A DNA stretch of 32,000 nucleotides from Desulfocapsa sulfexigens DSM 10523 (GTDB taxonomy: Bacteria > Desulfobacterota > Desulfobulbia > Desulfobulbales > Desulfocapsaceae). The translations under genes and the position numbers were made by a program. The notes under the pieces are model-generated. The model had not been told where the DNA came from, searched no databases, and was given only the letters and a program-made list of their open reading frames with translations. Of the stretch, positions 1 to 8,283 are shown one piece after another (the stretch's first letter is position 1; every line of letters starts with the position of its first letter). Location of the stretch: NCBI RefSeq assembly GCF_000341395.1, contig NC_020304.1, forward strand, positions 870,001-902,000, given 5' to 3'.

Positions 1-879
1 CAAATTAATGGTCGCCCGGGGTGAGGCTCCGGTTTCTATATAGTCGTGAAGATCAAGCTTGAAACTTCTGGGATCACGGGTGGCACAGACGAGCGAAACA
101 ATATAATCTTTTATTTTGTCATCCATATAAATGCTATCTACCACCCTGCGTGAAGCAAGAATATCATCCGGTCCGACGACAGGATTAACCACAACAACAG
201 AATCAGTATGATCAACGGCGTCAAGGATCATACGCTCCTGAGTCATGGATGGATAATCCACAATAACCTTCATCATAAACCTGTCTACCTGTGCTTCGGG
301 CAATGGATAGGTCCCCTCCTGCTCAATGGGATTCTGGGTGGCAAGTACCAGAAAAAGCTCTGGCAGACGAAAGGTCTCGTCTCCAATAGTCACCTGTTTT
401 TCCTGCATGGCTTCAAGCATGGCAGACTGCACTTTGGCAGGAGCCCTATTGATCTCATCAGCAAGAATAAGCGACGAGAATATTGGTCCCTGCTTGACCT
501 CAAAAAGCGTATCCTTAGGATTATATATCTGAGTCCCTATAATATCGGCGGGCAGCATATCCGGAGTAAACTGGATACGCTGAAAATCCGTATGTATAAC
601 CATAGCGAGGGTTTTTACCGCCAGTGTCTTGGCAAGCCCCGGTAATCCCTCCAGCAGGATATGTCCTCCAGTAAGCAATCCCACAAGGAGACGTTCCACC
701 AGGTGCTCCTGGCCAATTATGGATTTAGCCATCTCCCGACGCAACAGACCAACCCAGGAAGAGCTCGCAACAACGGATTCATTGATAGCCTGAATGGAGG
801 TATATCCTTCCTGCCGTACTGATTGGGGTGGAAGAGATGCAGATGAAACCGGATTAACAGATCTATTTTGCTCGTTCAT
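1..879 (-). CDS. MoxR-family AAA+ ATPase, first 293 codons (3' end lies left of the window)
   Basis: Absent from the ORF track because it runs off the edge. My reverse-strand translation starts at the ATG (complement of 877-879), which is preceded by AAGGAG. It reads MNEQNRSV...IIGQEHLVERLLVGLLTGGHILLEGLPGLAKTLAVKTLA (Walker A), ...LILADEINRAPAKVQSAMLEAMQE (Walker B region), ...LVLATQNPIEQEGTYPLPEAQVDRF. This is the canonical MoxR/AAA_3 pattern. The frame stays open to position 1. Confidence 0.9.
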   Translation of the reverse strand, partial: MNEQNRSVNPVSSASLPPQSVRQEGYTSIQAINESVVASSSWVGLLRREMAKSIIGQEHLVERLLVGLLTGGHILLEGLPGLAKTLAVKTLAMVIHTDFQRIQFTPDMLPADIIGTQIYNPKDTLFEVKQGPIFSSLILADEINRAPAKVQSAMLEAMQEKQVTIGDETFRLPELFLVLATQNPIEQEGTYPLPEAQVDRFMMKVIVDYPSMTQERMILDAVDHTDSVVVVNPVVGPDDILASRRVVDSIYMDDKIKDYIVSLVCATRDPRSFKLDLHDYIETGASPRATINL

Positions 880-940
880 GGAGACTCCTTTTAACGGAAT
901 GAGGGTATCTTCTTATCAGGACTAAAGAATACCACAGAAA

Positions 941-979
941 CATTACCGGAATATTACCGGAACATTACAATGCTGTAAT
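941..979. promoter_or_regulatory. three tandem 11-bp direct repeats overlapping an inverted repeat, in the divergent MoxR/rhodanese intergenic region
   Basis: cATTACCGGAA (941-951), tATTACCGGAA (952-962) and cATTACaatgc (963-973) have one-helical-turn spacing. The third copy is part of ATTACA-atgc-TGTAAT (964-979). TTGTACAA follows at 981-988. Confidence 0.3.
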
Positions 980-1140
980 CTTGTACAATTTTCTGCCAAC
1001 GTGTCTTCAGCCACGCATTATTTCACCAAAAACCCTCCGCAGTCCGATACGTTTTAAATTTGTTCATCCAAGCCAATTATGATAACATCATAAATAATCA
1101 TTCACGATCTGTTCTCGATTTTCTGGTTTACTAAGGAACC

Positions 1141-1977
1141 ATGTTTATGAGAAAAATCATTCCGTTTGTCCTTGGCATTTTTCTTTTTCTCCCAACAAAC
1201 TCTTATGCGCTCGAACGCTTTGAAATTTTCACCACCTCTCAATTGATGCAGCTGCTTCAGGACAGAAAGGATGGAAAAACGGACTTTCTTCTCGTCAATG
1301 CCCTTGACGAAATGATCTACCGCCACGCCTTCATCCCCGGTTCGGTGAATATTCCCATCACCCAGTTTGGGCAATATGCTCACAGGCTCGGAAAAGACAA
1401 AAATAAGCTGATAATTTCATACTGAATGGGCTACAGGTGAGTATTCGCCTACAAAATGGCAGTTGCCATTAAAGCAAAAGGGTTCACAAATATTAAAATA
1501 TACAATGGTGGACTGAAGGACTGGATACAATCAGGCAATCCCACGGAATCAATAGAAACCCTTCCAGAAGCAACCGTCCAGTTTATCGATGTCAATCAAT
1601 TAAGGATGCTTCTTTCCGAGGCTGACAAGACAAACTGTATGGATAAAAATGGTAAACCACTTCTTACACTTATTGATTTCCGTTCCTCCAACAGTGATTC
1701 CATAAAAAAAGGGGCAGATAAATATCGGATAGCAACAAAATGCCATACCATTTCAGCATTGCTTGATGAATTTATTGACAACAATAGCCTTATCGAATCC
1801 ATCCCCTTAGAAGGACTTACTATTTCTATCAGTGAGACAGGAAACAGAGACACGTTCCTTATCAGATATCTCTCCAAATGTTGCAGACCTGATATCCGAG
1901 GTCTTAAATACGGTATGAGAAGCTGGATAAAGGCCGGGTATCCTGTGGAAAAAACAGCCCATTCGGACACAAACTAA
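1141..1977 (+). CDS. exported tandem rhodanese-domain protein with two in-frame TGA codons (candidate selenoprotein, 278 codons)
   Basis: ORF-track ORFs 1141..1425 and 1456..1977 share one frame. Only TGA(1423-1425)-ATGGGCTACAGG-TGA(1438-1440) plus 15 nt separates them. The joined translation begins with the signal peptide MFMRKIIPFVLGIFLFLPTNSYA. It continues ...DFLLVNALDEMIYRHAFIPGSVNIPI...KDKNKLIISY-[TGA]-MGYR-[TGA]-VFAYKMAVAIKAKGFTNIKIYNGGLKDWIQSGNP. The first TGA sits where rhodaneses carry the catalytic Cys of the C-x-x-G-x-R loop. A second, Cys-less rhodanese-like domain follows (ISISETGNRD...MRSWIKAGYPVE). Confidence 0.6.
1435..1470 (+). other. two adjacent small hairpins after the in-frame TGAs (candidate bacterial SECIS elements)
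   Basis: Hairpin 1 is AGGUGA-GUAU-UCGCCU (1435-1450): 6 bp including one G-U pair, with loop G 18 nt after the first UGA. Hairpin 2 is AAUGGC-AGUU-GCCAUU (1455-1470): 6 perfect bp, with loop G 24 nt after the second UGA. Both loops contain GU. The stems are short, so chance is not excluded. Confidence 0.35.
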
Positions 1978-4284
1978 ATGCTTAAAAGTCTTCGTGCCAA
2001 ACTCCGCATGATGCTGTTTTTCCTCAGCATCATCATTGCGTTAGCATTTCTGAACTTTCTGATGAACCAACGTGTTGTGAAACTGGAACGTGACTATGCT
2101 GAAGTTGTTGCAATCAACAATAACTTTGCCGATAACCTTGCCGGTGAATATAATTCTCTTGCCAACCCTGAAAAATTCTCAGACTTAAAAAACAACTATC
2201 TTGTGTTATATCAAAGCTGTACAGGCTGTCACAACTCTAATCCTGGCGAAATAATTATCACCAGGATTGCTTTCCTGGAGGAACTCAACGAAAACCAGCT
2301 CACCGGAATACAACTCAGGCACACCATAAATAACAGGCTTGATGAGCTGACGAAAAGTGTCCGCTATATTCATGAGCATCACATTGCCAGCCTGAAAAAC
2401 TTCCTCCAGCGTAATCAATTCAAGGAAGAACCGTACCCCAGCAATAACAGCGAAAGAAAAGATCCAATAGCATCAGCCCCGGAACTTGATATCATTCAGC
2501 TGACAATAGCTATTCAGAATATCCTGGCTGATATCATTAGCAATTTTTACCTTCTTAAGGATACCCAGACCCCTCTCAAACTTCAAAACGAATTTCTGAA
2601 TAATATTTCTCGTTTTTACTCTACCATCAACCTACTGGAATCCTCTTCACTCGATGCACAGGACGGACTTCTGGTGGAAGAACTTCTTGATTCCGGAAGA
2701 ACATTTGAAAATTCATTTTCAATACTGATTCAACTTGAAGAAACAGAAAGAAAGCTCTTTTTACAGCTCCACGATAACCAGAGAAGGATCCTTGGTGTTG
2801 TCTCCGACGTGACAGGGAAAGTGAAAACGAAACGTGATCGGCTCCACAATCAACTAACTTTTTTGGAATACTCCTCTTTTCTCTTTATTGCCTTCCTTAT
2901 GCTATTGATAGTGAAACAGGGAAGAGGAATTATCCACTCAATCGATCACCTGGTTAATGAAACCGGAAAAATCAAAAAAGATCACACTTATCAAATCTCG
3001 ACAGCGCCAAACCAGGAAGAAGAGTTTCAAATATTATCACAGGCTCTGAATAGTATGGCCGCGAATCTTGACCTAAGAATTCAGAAACTTAACGAAGAAA
3101 CGCGCCTAAGAATCCAGGCTGAGAAAGACAAAACAGAGACAGAAATAAAGCTGCAACGTGCTAAGCAGATGGAGGCCATCGGAACTCTTGCCGGAGGCAT
3201 TGCCCACGATTTCAATAATCTGCTCACAGCAATCCTTGGGAATATAAATATTGCCACCTACTCTCTTTCTCCAGACCATGAAGTATACAACAATCTGGTG
3301 CAGGCAGAAAAGGCATCAAAAAGAGCTCATAAACTCACTAATCAACTGCTCACTTTTTCCAAAGGTGGTGCTCCGATTAGAGAAACGGCTCCAATTGATG
3401 AGGTTATCCGGGAATCTGCCTTTTTTGTTCTTCATGGCAGCAATGTTAACTGCTCCATAGATATCCCGGATGATCTCTGGCTGGTCAAGATTGACAGAGG
3501 ACAGATTGGCCAGGTCATCCAGAACCTGACCCTGAATGCCGACCACAGTATGCCAGAGGGCGGTACCATTTCCATCAGCTGTTCCAATCACCAGGAGACC
3601 CAGGACAGCCCGATGCTCAAAAAAGGCGATTATGTCCGGGTTACTGTCCAGGACCAGGGAACAGGCATCAAGGACACTGATATCTCACATATTTTTGATC
3701 CCTACTTTACAACGAAAGAAAAGGGAAGCATCAAGGGAAGTGGCCTGGGGCTGGCCATCGTCCATTCAATCATCTCCAGACACGGTGGATACATCACCGT
3801 TGCCTCGGAATTAGGCACCGGGACTACCTTTACTTTTTTCCTTCCAGCGGTAAATACAACAGCAGACCTGCAGCAGGAGCCAAGTGGTGATATTCTCTCC
3901 GGAGAGGGGAGAATCCTTGTCATGGATGATGAATCAATGATACTCGCCATAATGGAACACTCACTACCCTCTCTTGGGTACACGGTTGAAACAGCAGACA
4001 GTGGAGAACAGGCATTGAGAATGTATGAAAAAGCTGCTAGAGATAATACTCCCTTTGATCTCGTCATCATGGATCTCACCATTCCGGGTGGCATGGGAGG
4101 AAGAGAGACGGCTGAAAAAATCCTGAAACGCCATCCGGATGCCGTGCTTCTTGTTTCCAGTGGCTACGCCGAGGATCCGATAATGATCAATCCAGCAGAA
4201 TACGGATTCAAAGGGGCACTCAAGAAGCCCTATGAACTCAGAAACCTCTCTCATCTGCTTCATACTTTATTACAGAAAAAGTAA
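1978..4284 (+). CDS. hybrid sensor histidine kinase / response regulator with periplasmic CXXCH-containing sensor domain
   Basis: Two TM segments (MMLFFLSIIIALAFLNFLM and SSFLFIAFLMLLIV) bracket a roughly 265-aa domain containing CTGCH. Then come a HAMP-like linker, a coiled coil and the H-box GGIAHDFNNLLTAILGNI. The HATPase motifs are QVIQNLTLNADHSM, DQGTGI and GSGLGLAIV. A C-terminal REC domain follows (ILVMDDES...DLVIMDLTIPGGMGG...KKP). The ATG directly abuts the rhodanese TAA. Confidence 0.9.
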   Translation: MLKSLRAKLRMMLFFLSIIIALAFLNFLMNQRVVKLERDYAEVVAINNNFADNLAGEYNSLANPEKFSDLKNNYLVLYQSCTGCHNSNPGEIIITRIAFLEELNENQLTGIQLRHTINNRLDELTKSVRYIHEHHIASLKNFLQRNQFKEEPYPSNNSERKDPIASAPELDIIQLTIAIQNILADIISNFYLLKDTQTPLKLQNEFLNNISRFYSTINLLESSSLDAQDGLLVEELLDSGRTFENSFSILIQLEETERKLFLQLHDNQRRILGVVSDVTGKVKTKRDRLHNQLTFLEYSSFLFIAFLMLLIVKQGRGIIHSIDHLVNETGKIKKDHTYQISTAPNQEEEFQILSQALNSMAANLDLRIQKLNEETRLRIQAEKDKTETEIKLQRAKQMEAIGTLAGGIAHDFNNLLTAILGNINIATYSLSPDHEVYNNLVQAEKASKRAHKLTNQLLTFSKGGAPIRETAPIDEVIRESAFFVLHGSNVNCSIDIPDDLWLVKIDRGQIGQVIQNLTLNADHSMPEGGTISISCSNHQETQDSPMLKKGDYVRVTVQDQGTGIKDTDISHIFDPYFTTKEKGSIKGSGLGLAIVHSIISRHGGYITVASELGTGTTFTFFLPAVNTTADLQQEPSGDILSGEGRILVMDDESMILAIMEHSLPSLGYTVETADSGEQALRMYEKAARDNTPFDLVIMDLTIPGGMGGRETAEKILKRHPDAVLLVSSGYAEDPIMINPAEYGFKGALKKPYELRNLSHLLHTLLQKK

Positions 4285-4298
4285 AAAGATTTTCAGCA

Positions 4299-6077
4299 GT
4301 GAATCATGATACCATGCCACTAAAGGATCCTCCTCCCATCAAAAAGGTGCTTGGACTCCTTGGACCAATCTACTTCAAACACCGCATTCGTCTCCTCTTT
4401 GGTCTGATTGCACTCCTTGGAGTCAATTTTCTCCAGCTTATAATTCCTCGTATTCTTAAAAAAGGAATTGATGCACTTGCAGATGGAACAGCCAACCAGA
4501 ACAACCTGCTCGAGCTCGCACTGCTTATCTGTTTTATCGGAGTCATTGCCACTCTGCTTCGTTTCAGCTGGCGCTACCTGATCATAGGATTCTCAAGATA
4601 TCTGGAACGGGACCTGCGGAAAAAGATTTTTGGCCATGTCATGACCATGGATGGAAGTTTTTTCTCCAAATATAGTACAGGTTCCATTATGGCCCACGGA
4701 AGCAACGACCTCGCGGCTGTTCAAATGGCTTGCGGCATGGGCCTCGTTGCTGCCATTGACGCCCTTGTAATGTCAATTGCGGCCATTGCCTTCATGGCCA
4801 ACATTCATTTACGCCTTACACTGCTGGCCCTTTTACCCATGCCAATTCTGGCTCTGGCTACCCGTTATCTTTCGGGACAACTGCACCATCGTTTTGATCG
4901 TGTCCAGGGACAGTTCGCCAGCATGACCGAGTTCGCAAGATCCTCCATCGCATCCATTCGCCTGCTTAAGGCCTACACTCTGGAGACATCACAGAGTAAA
5001 CGCTTTGCCCATCTTGGCCAGAAATATGTCCACTCCAGCATTCGGGTGGCAATCATTCAAGGCCTGCTCTTTCCCATAGCGACTCTTGTCGGGAGTTTCG
5101 GCATGTTGCTGGTACTCTATTTTGGTGGTCGGCTAGTCATCCTGAAAACAATTACCATGGGTGATTTTGTAGCCTTTATAACCTACCTCTATATGTTGAT
5201 CTGGCCCATCATGGCAGTTGGATGGGTGGCCAATCTTTCCCAGAGAGGAGCAACATCACTGCGCCGAATTTACCTCCTTCTTTCAGTTCCATCACAGCTT
5301 CCACCCGGCATCACTGGTCACCGACCAGATAGTTCCCTGTTTCACCTCCATAGGCTCAACTTCAACTATCCAGAATCAGAACGAAGGATACTTAAGGATA
5401 TCACTCTTGATATCCCGCCGGGAATCCTCGGCGTCACAGGTCCCACAGGATGCGGCAAGACCAGTCTCTGCCAGGTGCTGGCCCGTGTCTACCCTATAGC
5501 TGACCAGAGCCTCTTTTTAGGCAGAACAGATATCAACGATCTCCCCCCCGAAACCGTAAAATCTTTGATCAGTTATGTGAGCCAGGAAGCCCTGCTCTTT
5601 TCGAGCTGTCTTCGTGACAACATCGCCTTTGGGAATCCCGATGCATCCATGGAACGAATTGTTGCAGCAGCAACAGCGGCCGCTGTCCACGATGAAATAA
5701 TGGCTCTCCCTCACGGATACGAGAGTATGATTGGGGAAAAAGGCGTTACCCTCTCAGGAGGGCAGCGTGGCAGGGTCGCCCTTGCAAGAGCCATCCTCTG
5801 CGACAGGCCCATTATCATAATAGATGACGGCCTTGCCGCCGTGGACACGAGCACGGAACAGGAAATAATCGAAAATATCACACCATGGCTCAAAGGGAAA
5901 TCGGTCGTCTGGGTCAGTCAGCGAACCAAACAGCTTGCCCGAACAGACAGGGTTCTTGTTTTGGAAAACGGAAAAATCAGTGCCCTCGGCCCCTACAATG
6001 AGGTTGTTCGGGAAAATGCCTTCCTCGCCGAGATCAGCCGCAGACAAGAGCTTCAGGGAGAAGGCAACAATGCGTAA
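4299..6077 (+). CDS. ABC exporter half-transporter (TMD-NBD), degenerate-site subunit
   Basis: The N-terminal half has six TM helices. The NBD has Walker A GPTGCGKTS and signature LSGGQRGRVALARA. Walker B is IIIIDD followed by G, so Asp replaces the catalytic Glu. The switch region is VVWVSQRT, with Gln in place of His. The start is GTG at 4299; ATG at 4314 is an alternative. Confidence 0.9.
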   Translation: MNHDTMPLKDPPPIKKVLGLLGPIYFKHRIRLLFGLIALLGVNFLQLIIPRILKKGIDALADGTANQNNLLELALLICFIGVIATLLRFSWRYLIIGFSRYLERDLRKKIFGHVMTMDGSFFSKYSTGSIMAHGSNDLAAVQMACGMGLVAAIDALVMSIAAIAFMANIHLRLTLLALLPMPILALATRYLSGQLHHRFDRVQGQFASMTEFARSSIASIRLLKAYTLETSQSKRFAHLGQKYVHSSIRVAIIQGLLFPIATLVGSFGMLLVLYFGGRLVILKTITMGDFVAFITYLYMLIWPIMAVGWVANLSQRGATSLRRIYLLLSVPSQLPPGITGHRPDSSLFHLHRLNFNYPESERRILKDITLDIPPGILGVTGPTGCGKTSLCQVLARVYPIADQSLFLGRTDINDLPPETVKSLISYVSQEALLFSSCLRDNIAFGNPDASMERIVAAATAAAVHDEIMALPHGYESMIGEKGVTLSGGQRGRVALARAILCDRPIIIIDDGLAAVDTSTEQEIIENITPWLKGKSVVWVSQRTKQLARTDRVLVLENGKISALGPYNEVVRENAFLAEISRRQELQGEGNNA

Positions 6078-7872
6078 CTTCGGATATTTTGAAGAAGATT
6101 ACACTCCCAAACTTTCCGAGAAGGGATTATGGCGCCGTATCCTCGGCTACATCCATCCCTTCAGGATTCCCTTCACCGGTGCGATCCTGCTCTCCCTTTT
6201 TGTCACAGTCTCAGCGCTCGGCCTCCCCTGGATAATGCAGCGGGCTATTGATCTCTACATAACCAGCCCCATGCTCGATTTTGAACTACGCATGACAGGA
6301 CTCAGTACCAGTGTAATGCTCTACGGAGGGTTAATGCTTATCGGTTTTGTCACTGCTTTTCTCCAGGTCTTGCTCCTTGAATGGATCGGACAATCAATCA
6401 TGCACAGACTGCGCCAGGATCTTTTCAGTCATCTTCTCCAGGTCGAACTGCAGTTCTTCAACACCCAGCCGGTTGGCCGCCTGGTAACCCGCTTGACAAA
6501 TGATGTCCAGAACATGCACGAGATGTTCACATCCATCATGGTAACGATATTCAATGACCTCCTCCGCATGTGCGGCATCCTTGTCCTGCTTCTCTATATG
6601 AATATTCGGCTCGGCCTCCTTCTCTGCCTCTTTGTTCCACTTGCCGTCGTGGTTACCATTCTCTTTTCCAGACTCGCCAGGAATCATTTCCGAGCCATAC
6701 GAAAACAGCTTTCCAAAGTAAACGCATTTGTCCAGGAAGCTGTTTCAGGAGTCTCCCTGGTACAGCTGTTTGGAAGGAGTAGCGATCTCAAACGGAAGTT
6801 TGCAGGGCTTAACGACGATTACATGACAAAAACTCTGCGCCAGATCCGCCTCTTTGGTACATTTATGCCCATCACCGAACTGATGAGTTCGCTGGCAGTT
6901 GCGCTGATTCTCTGGTATGGCGGAGGAGAGATTATCCGTAAGCAACTGACCCTGGGAGAGCTGGTTGCTTTCCTCTCCTATATGCGCCTCTTCTTCCAAC
7001 CGCTCCGGGAGCTTTCACAAAAATATTCCATTGTCCAGTCCGCCCTTGCCTCCGCGGAACGGATCTTTCATCTACTGGATACAGACACCGAGGAACAGAA
7101 CATTTCAGAGGCTGAAAAAAACAGCCCTTTGTCACTGGATGGCGAGCTCTGTTTCAATGAAGTAAACTTCTCCTATCTTCCCGACCAGCCAGTCCTCCAT
7201 GATATCTCTTTTACGGTTAAAAAGGGCGAGACCATAGCCATAGTCGGCGCCACCGGAAGCGGGAAATCCACCCTTCTCAATCTTATGCTCCGTTTTTATG
7301 AACCAGACAGCGGTACCATCAGCCTTGGTGCGCACTTTCTTACTGATGTACCAAAAAAGACACTGCGCCGGGAAATCGGTGTTGTAATGCAGGAAATGCT
7401 TATTCTCCAGGACACCCTGTTGAACAATATTGTTCTTGATACAGGAAAAAGCCGAAAAGAGGTAACAGAACTGCTGCAACAGACCCAATTGATAGAATTT
7501 GTTACCAACCTCTCCATGGGACTCGATACACTTATAGGAGAAGGTGGACAGGCCATGTCAACCGGAGAAAAACAACTCCTCGCCATCGCCAGAGTATTAT
7601 GCCGCAATCCATCTCTGCTGGTACTTGACGAAGCCAGTTCTGCCATTGATTCCAAAACTGAAAAACTTCTGGAACGACCGCTTGAGCACTGTTTCAAAGA
7701 TAAAACCGTGTTAATTATCGCTCACCGCCTCTCCACCGTACAGCGTGCCGATCGAATCATTGTACTTGACAAGGGCAGGATCATGGAACATGGCAGCCAT
7801 GCCTCCCTCCTTGCCAGGGACGGGATTTACAGAAAACTGGTCGCTCTTGATTTCGGATCGGGAATTTCATAA
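6070..7872 (+). CDS. ABC exporter half-transporter (TMD-NBD), consensus-site subunit
   Basis: I moved the start to ATG 6070 (MRNFGYFEEDY...), which overlaps the upstream stop by 8 nt. The 45 codons the ORF track adds upstream lie inside the previous gene. Walker A is GATGSGKST, Walker B is LLVLDEASSAID (Glu present) and the H-loop is IIAHRLST. The signature motif is degenerate (MSTGEKQ instead of LSGGQ). Confidence 0.9.
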   Translation: MRNFGYFEEDYTPKLSEKGLWRRILGYIHPFRIPFTGAILLSLFVTVSALGLPWIMQRAIDLYITSPMLDFELRMTGLSTSVMLYGGLMLIGFVTAFLQVLLLEWIGQSIMHRLRQDLFSHLLQVELQFFNTQPVGRLVTRLTNDVQNMHEMFTSIMVTIFNDLLRMCGILVLLLYMNIRLGLLLCLFVPLAVVVTILFSRLARNHFRAIRKQLSKVNAFVQEAVSGVSLVQLFGRSSDLKRKFAGLNDDYMTKTLRQIRLFGTFMPITELMSSLAVALILWYGGGEIIRKQLTLGELVAFLSYMRLFFQPLRELSQKYSIVQSALASAERIFHLLDTDTEEQNISEAEKNSPLSLDGELCFNEVNFSYLPDQPVLHDISFTVKKGETIAIVGATGSGKSTLLNLMLRFYEPDSGTISLGAHFLTDVPKKTLRREIGVVMQEMLILQDTLLNNIVLDTGKSRKEVTELLQQTQLIEFVTNLSMGLDTLIGEGGQAMSTGEKQLLAIARVLCRNPSLLVLDEASSAIDSKTEKLLERPLEHCFKDKTVLIIAHRLSTVQRADRIIVLDKGRIMEHGSHASLLARDGIYRKLVALDFGSGIS

Positions 7873-7899
7873 CGACATATCCGGGGACCTCTTCCCAGC

Positions 7900-7928
7900 T
7901 TGACAGAGAGTCAAAATTCATTTACACT
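7900..7928 (+). promoter_or_regulatory. candidate sigma70 promoter for the riboswitch-btuB operon
   Basis: TTGACA (7900-7905), a 17-nt spacer, then TACACT (7923-7928). The promoter ends about 13 nt before riboswitch stem P1. Confidence 0.4.
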
Positions 7929-7940
7929 CCGGCCTAATTT

Positions 7941-8095
7941 TCAGGTTCCATGCAAATGGAGAATAAGGGAACCCGGTGTAAATCCGGGACGGGCCCGCCG
8001 CTGTAATCGGGGACAGTAGCTGCATAGTGTCACTGGTCGTAAGACCGGGAAGACGCAGCTATATGGTTGATCCGAAAGTCAGAAGACCTGCCTGA
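7941..8095 (+). promoter_or_regulatory. cobalamin (B12) riboswitch aptamer
   Basis: Conserved core AATAAGGGAACCCGGTGTAAATCCGGGACGGGCCCGCCGCTGTAA, then GTCACTGG...GGGAAG. The B12 box is AGTCAGAAGACCTGCC (8078-8093). The P1 pairing is CAGGT (7942-7946) with ACCTG (8086-8090). Confidence 0.9.
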
Positions 8096-8192
8096 AGACA
8101 ACGGTACAACCGGGTGCAATCCGGTTATGAGGTACTATGCTGAAATCTCCGTGGACAAGAGATTCCCAGCCATATCTGTGGAATTAAAGGGC

Positions 8193-8232
8193 ATCCCCGG
8201 ATCAATAGTCTATTGGTCCGGGGATTTTTTTT
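8193..8232 (+). terminator. intrinsic terminator (riboswitch expression platform)
   Basis: A 9-bp stem, ATCCCCGGA (8193-8201) with TCCGGGGAT (8217-8225), runs into a T8 tract ending at 8232. It lies between the aptamer and the btuB-like start. Confidence 0.75.
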
Positions 8233-8283
8233 GTCTTTTTGACAAACATCTCTTCGGGCATTTTATTCAAAAGAGGAAAGAAA

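Noticed and set aside
208-645. + strand ORFs 208..645 and 326..532
   Set aside because: They lie antisense to a clearly recognisable MoxR ATPase gene on the minus strand. Their translations have no domain-like features, so they are shadow ORFs.
1423-1440. Reading the two TGAs as a simple pseudogene or as two separate genes (1141..1425 and 1456..1977)
   Set aside because: Not fully excluded. However, the first ORF would end exactly at the catalytic-Cys position, and the second would start mid-domain without an RBS. The same frame then continues intact for 179 codons. A Sec read-through reading explains more, so the pseudogene reading is kept as the alternative hypothesis.
5935-6069. The 45-codon N-terminal extension of the second ABC gene in the ORF track
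   Set aside because: The extension lies inside the first ABC gene in another frame. ATG 6070 gives a typical ABC-exporter N-terminus and a 4-codon overlap arrangement.
7900-7914. TTGAC-agaga-GTCAA as an FNR-type site
   Set aside because: The spacer is 5 nt, not 4. The left arm is better explained as the -35 hexamer of the riboswitch promoter.
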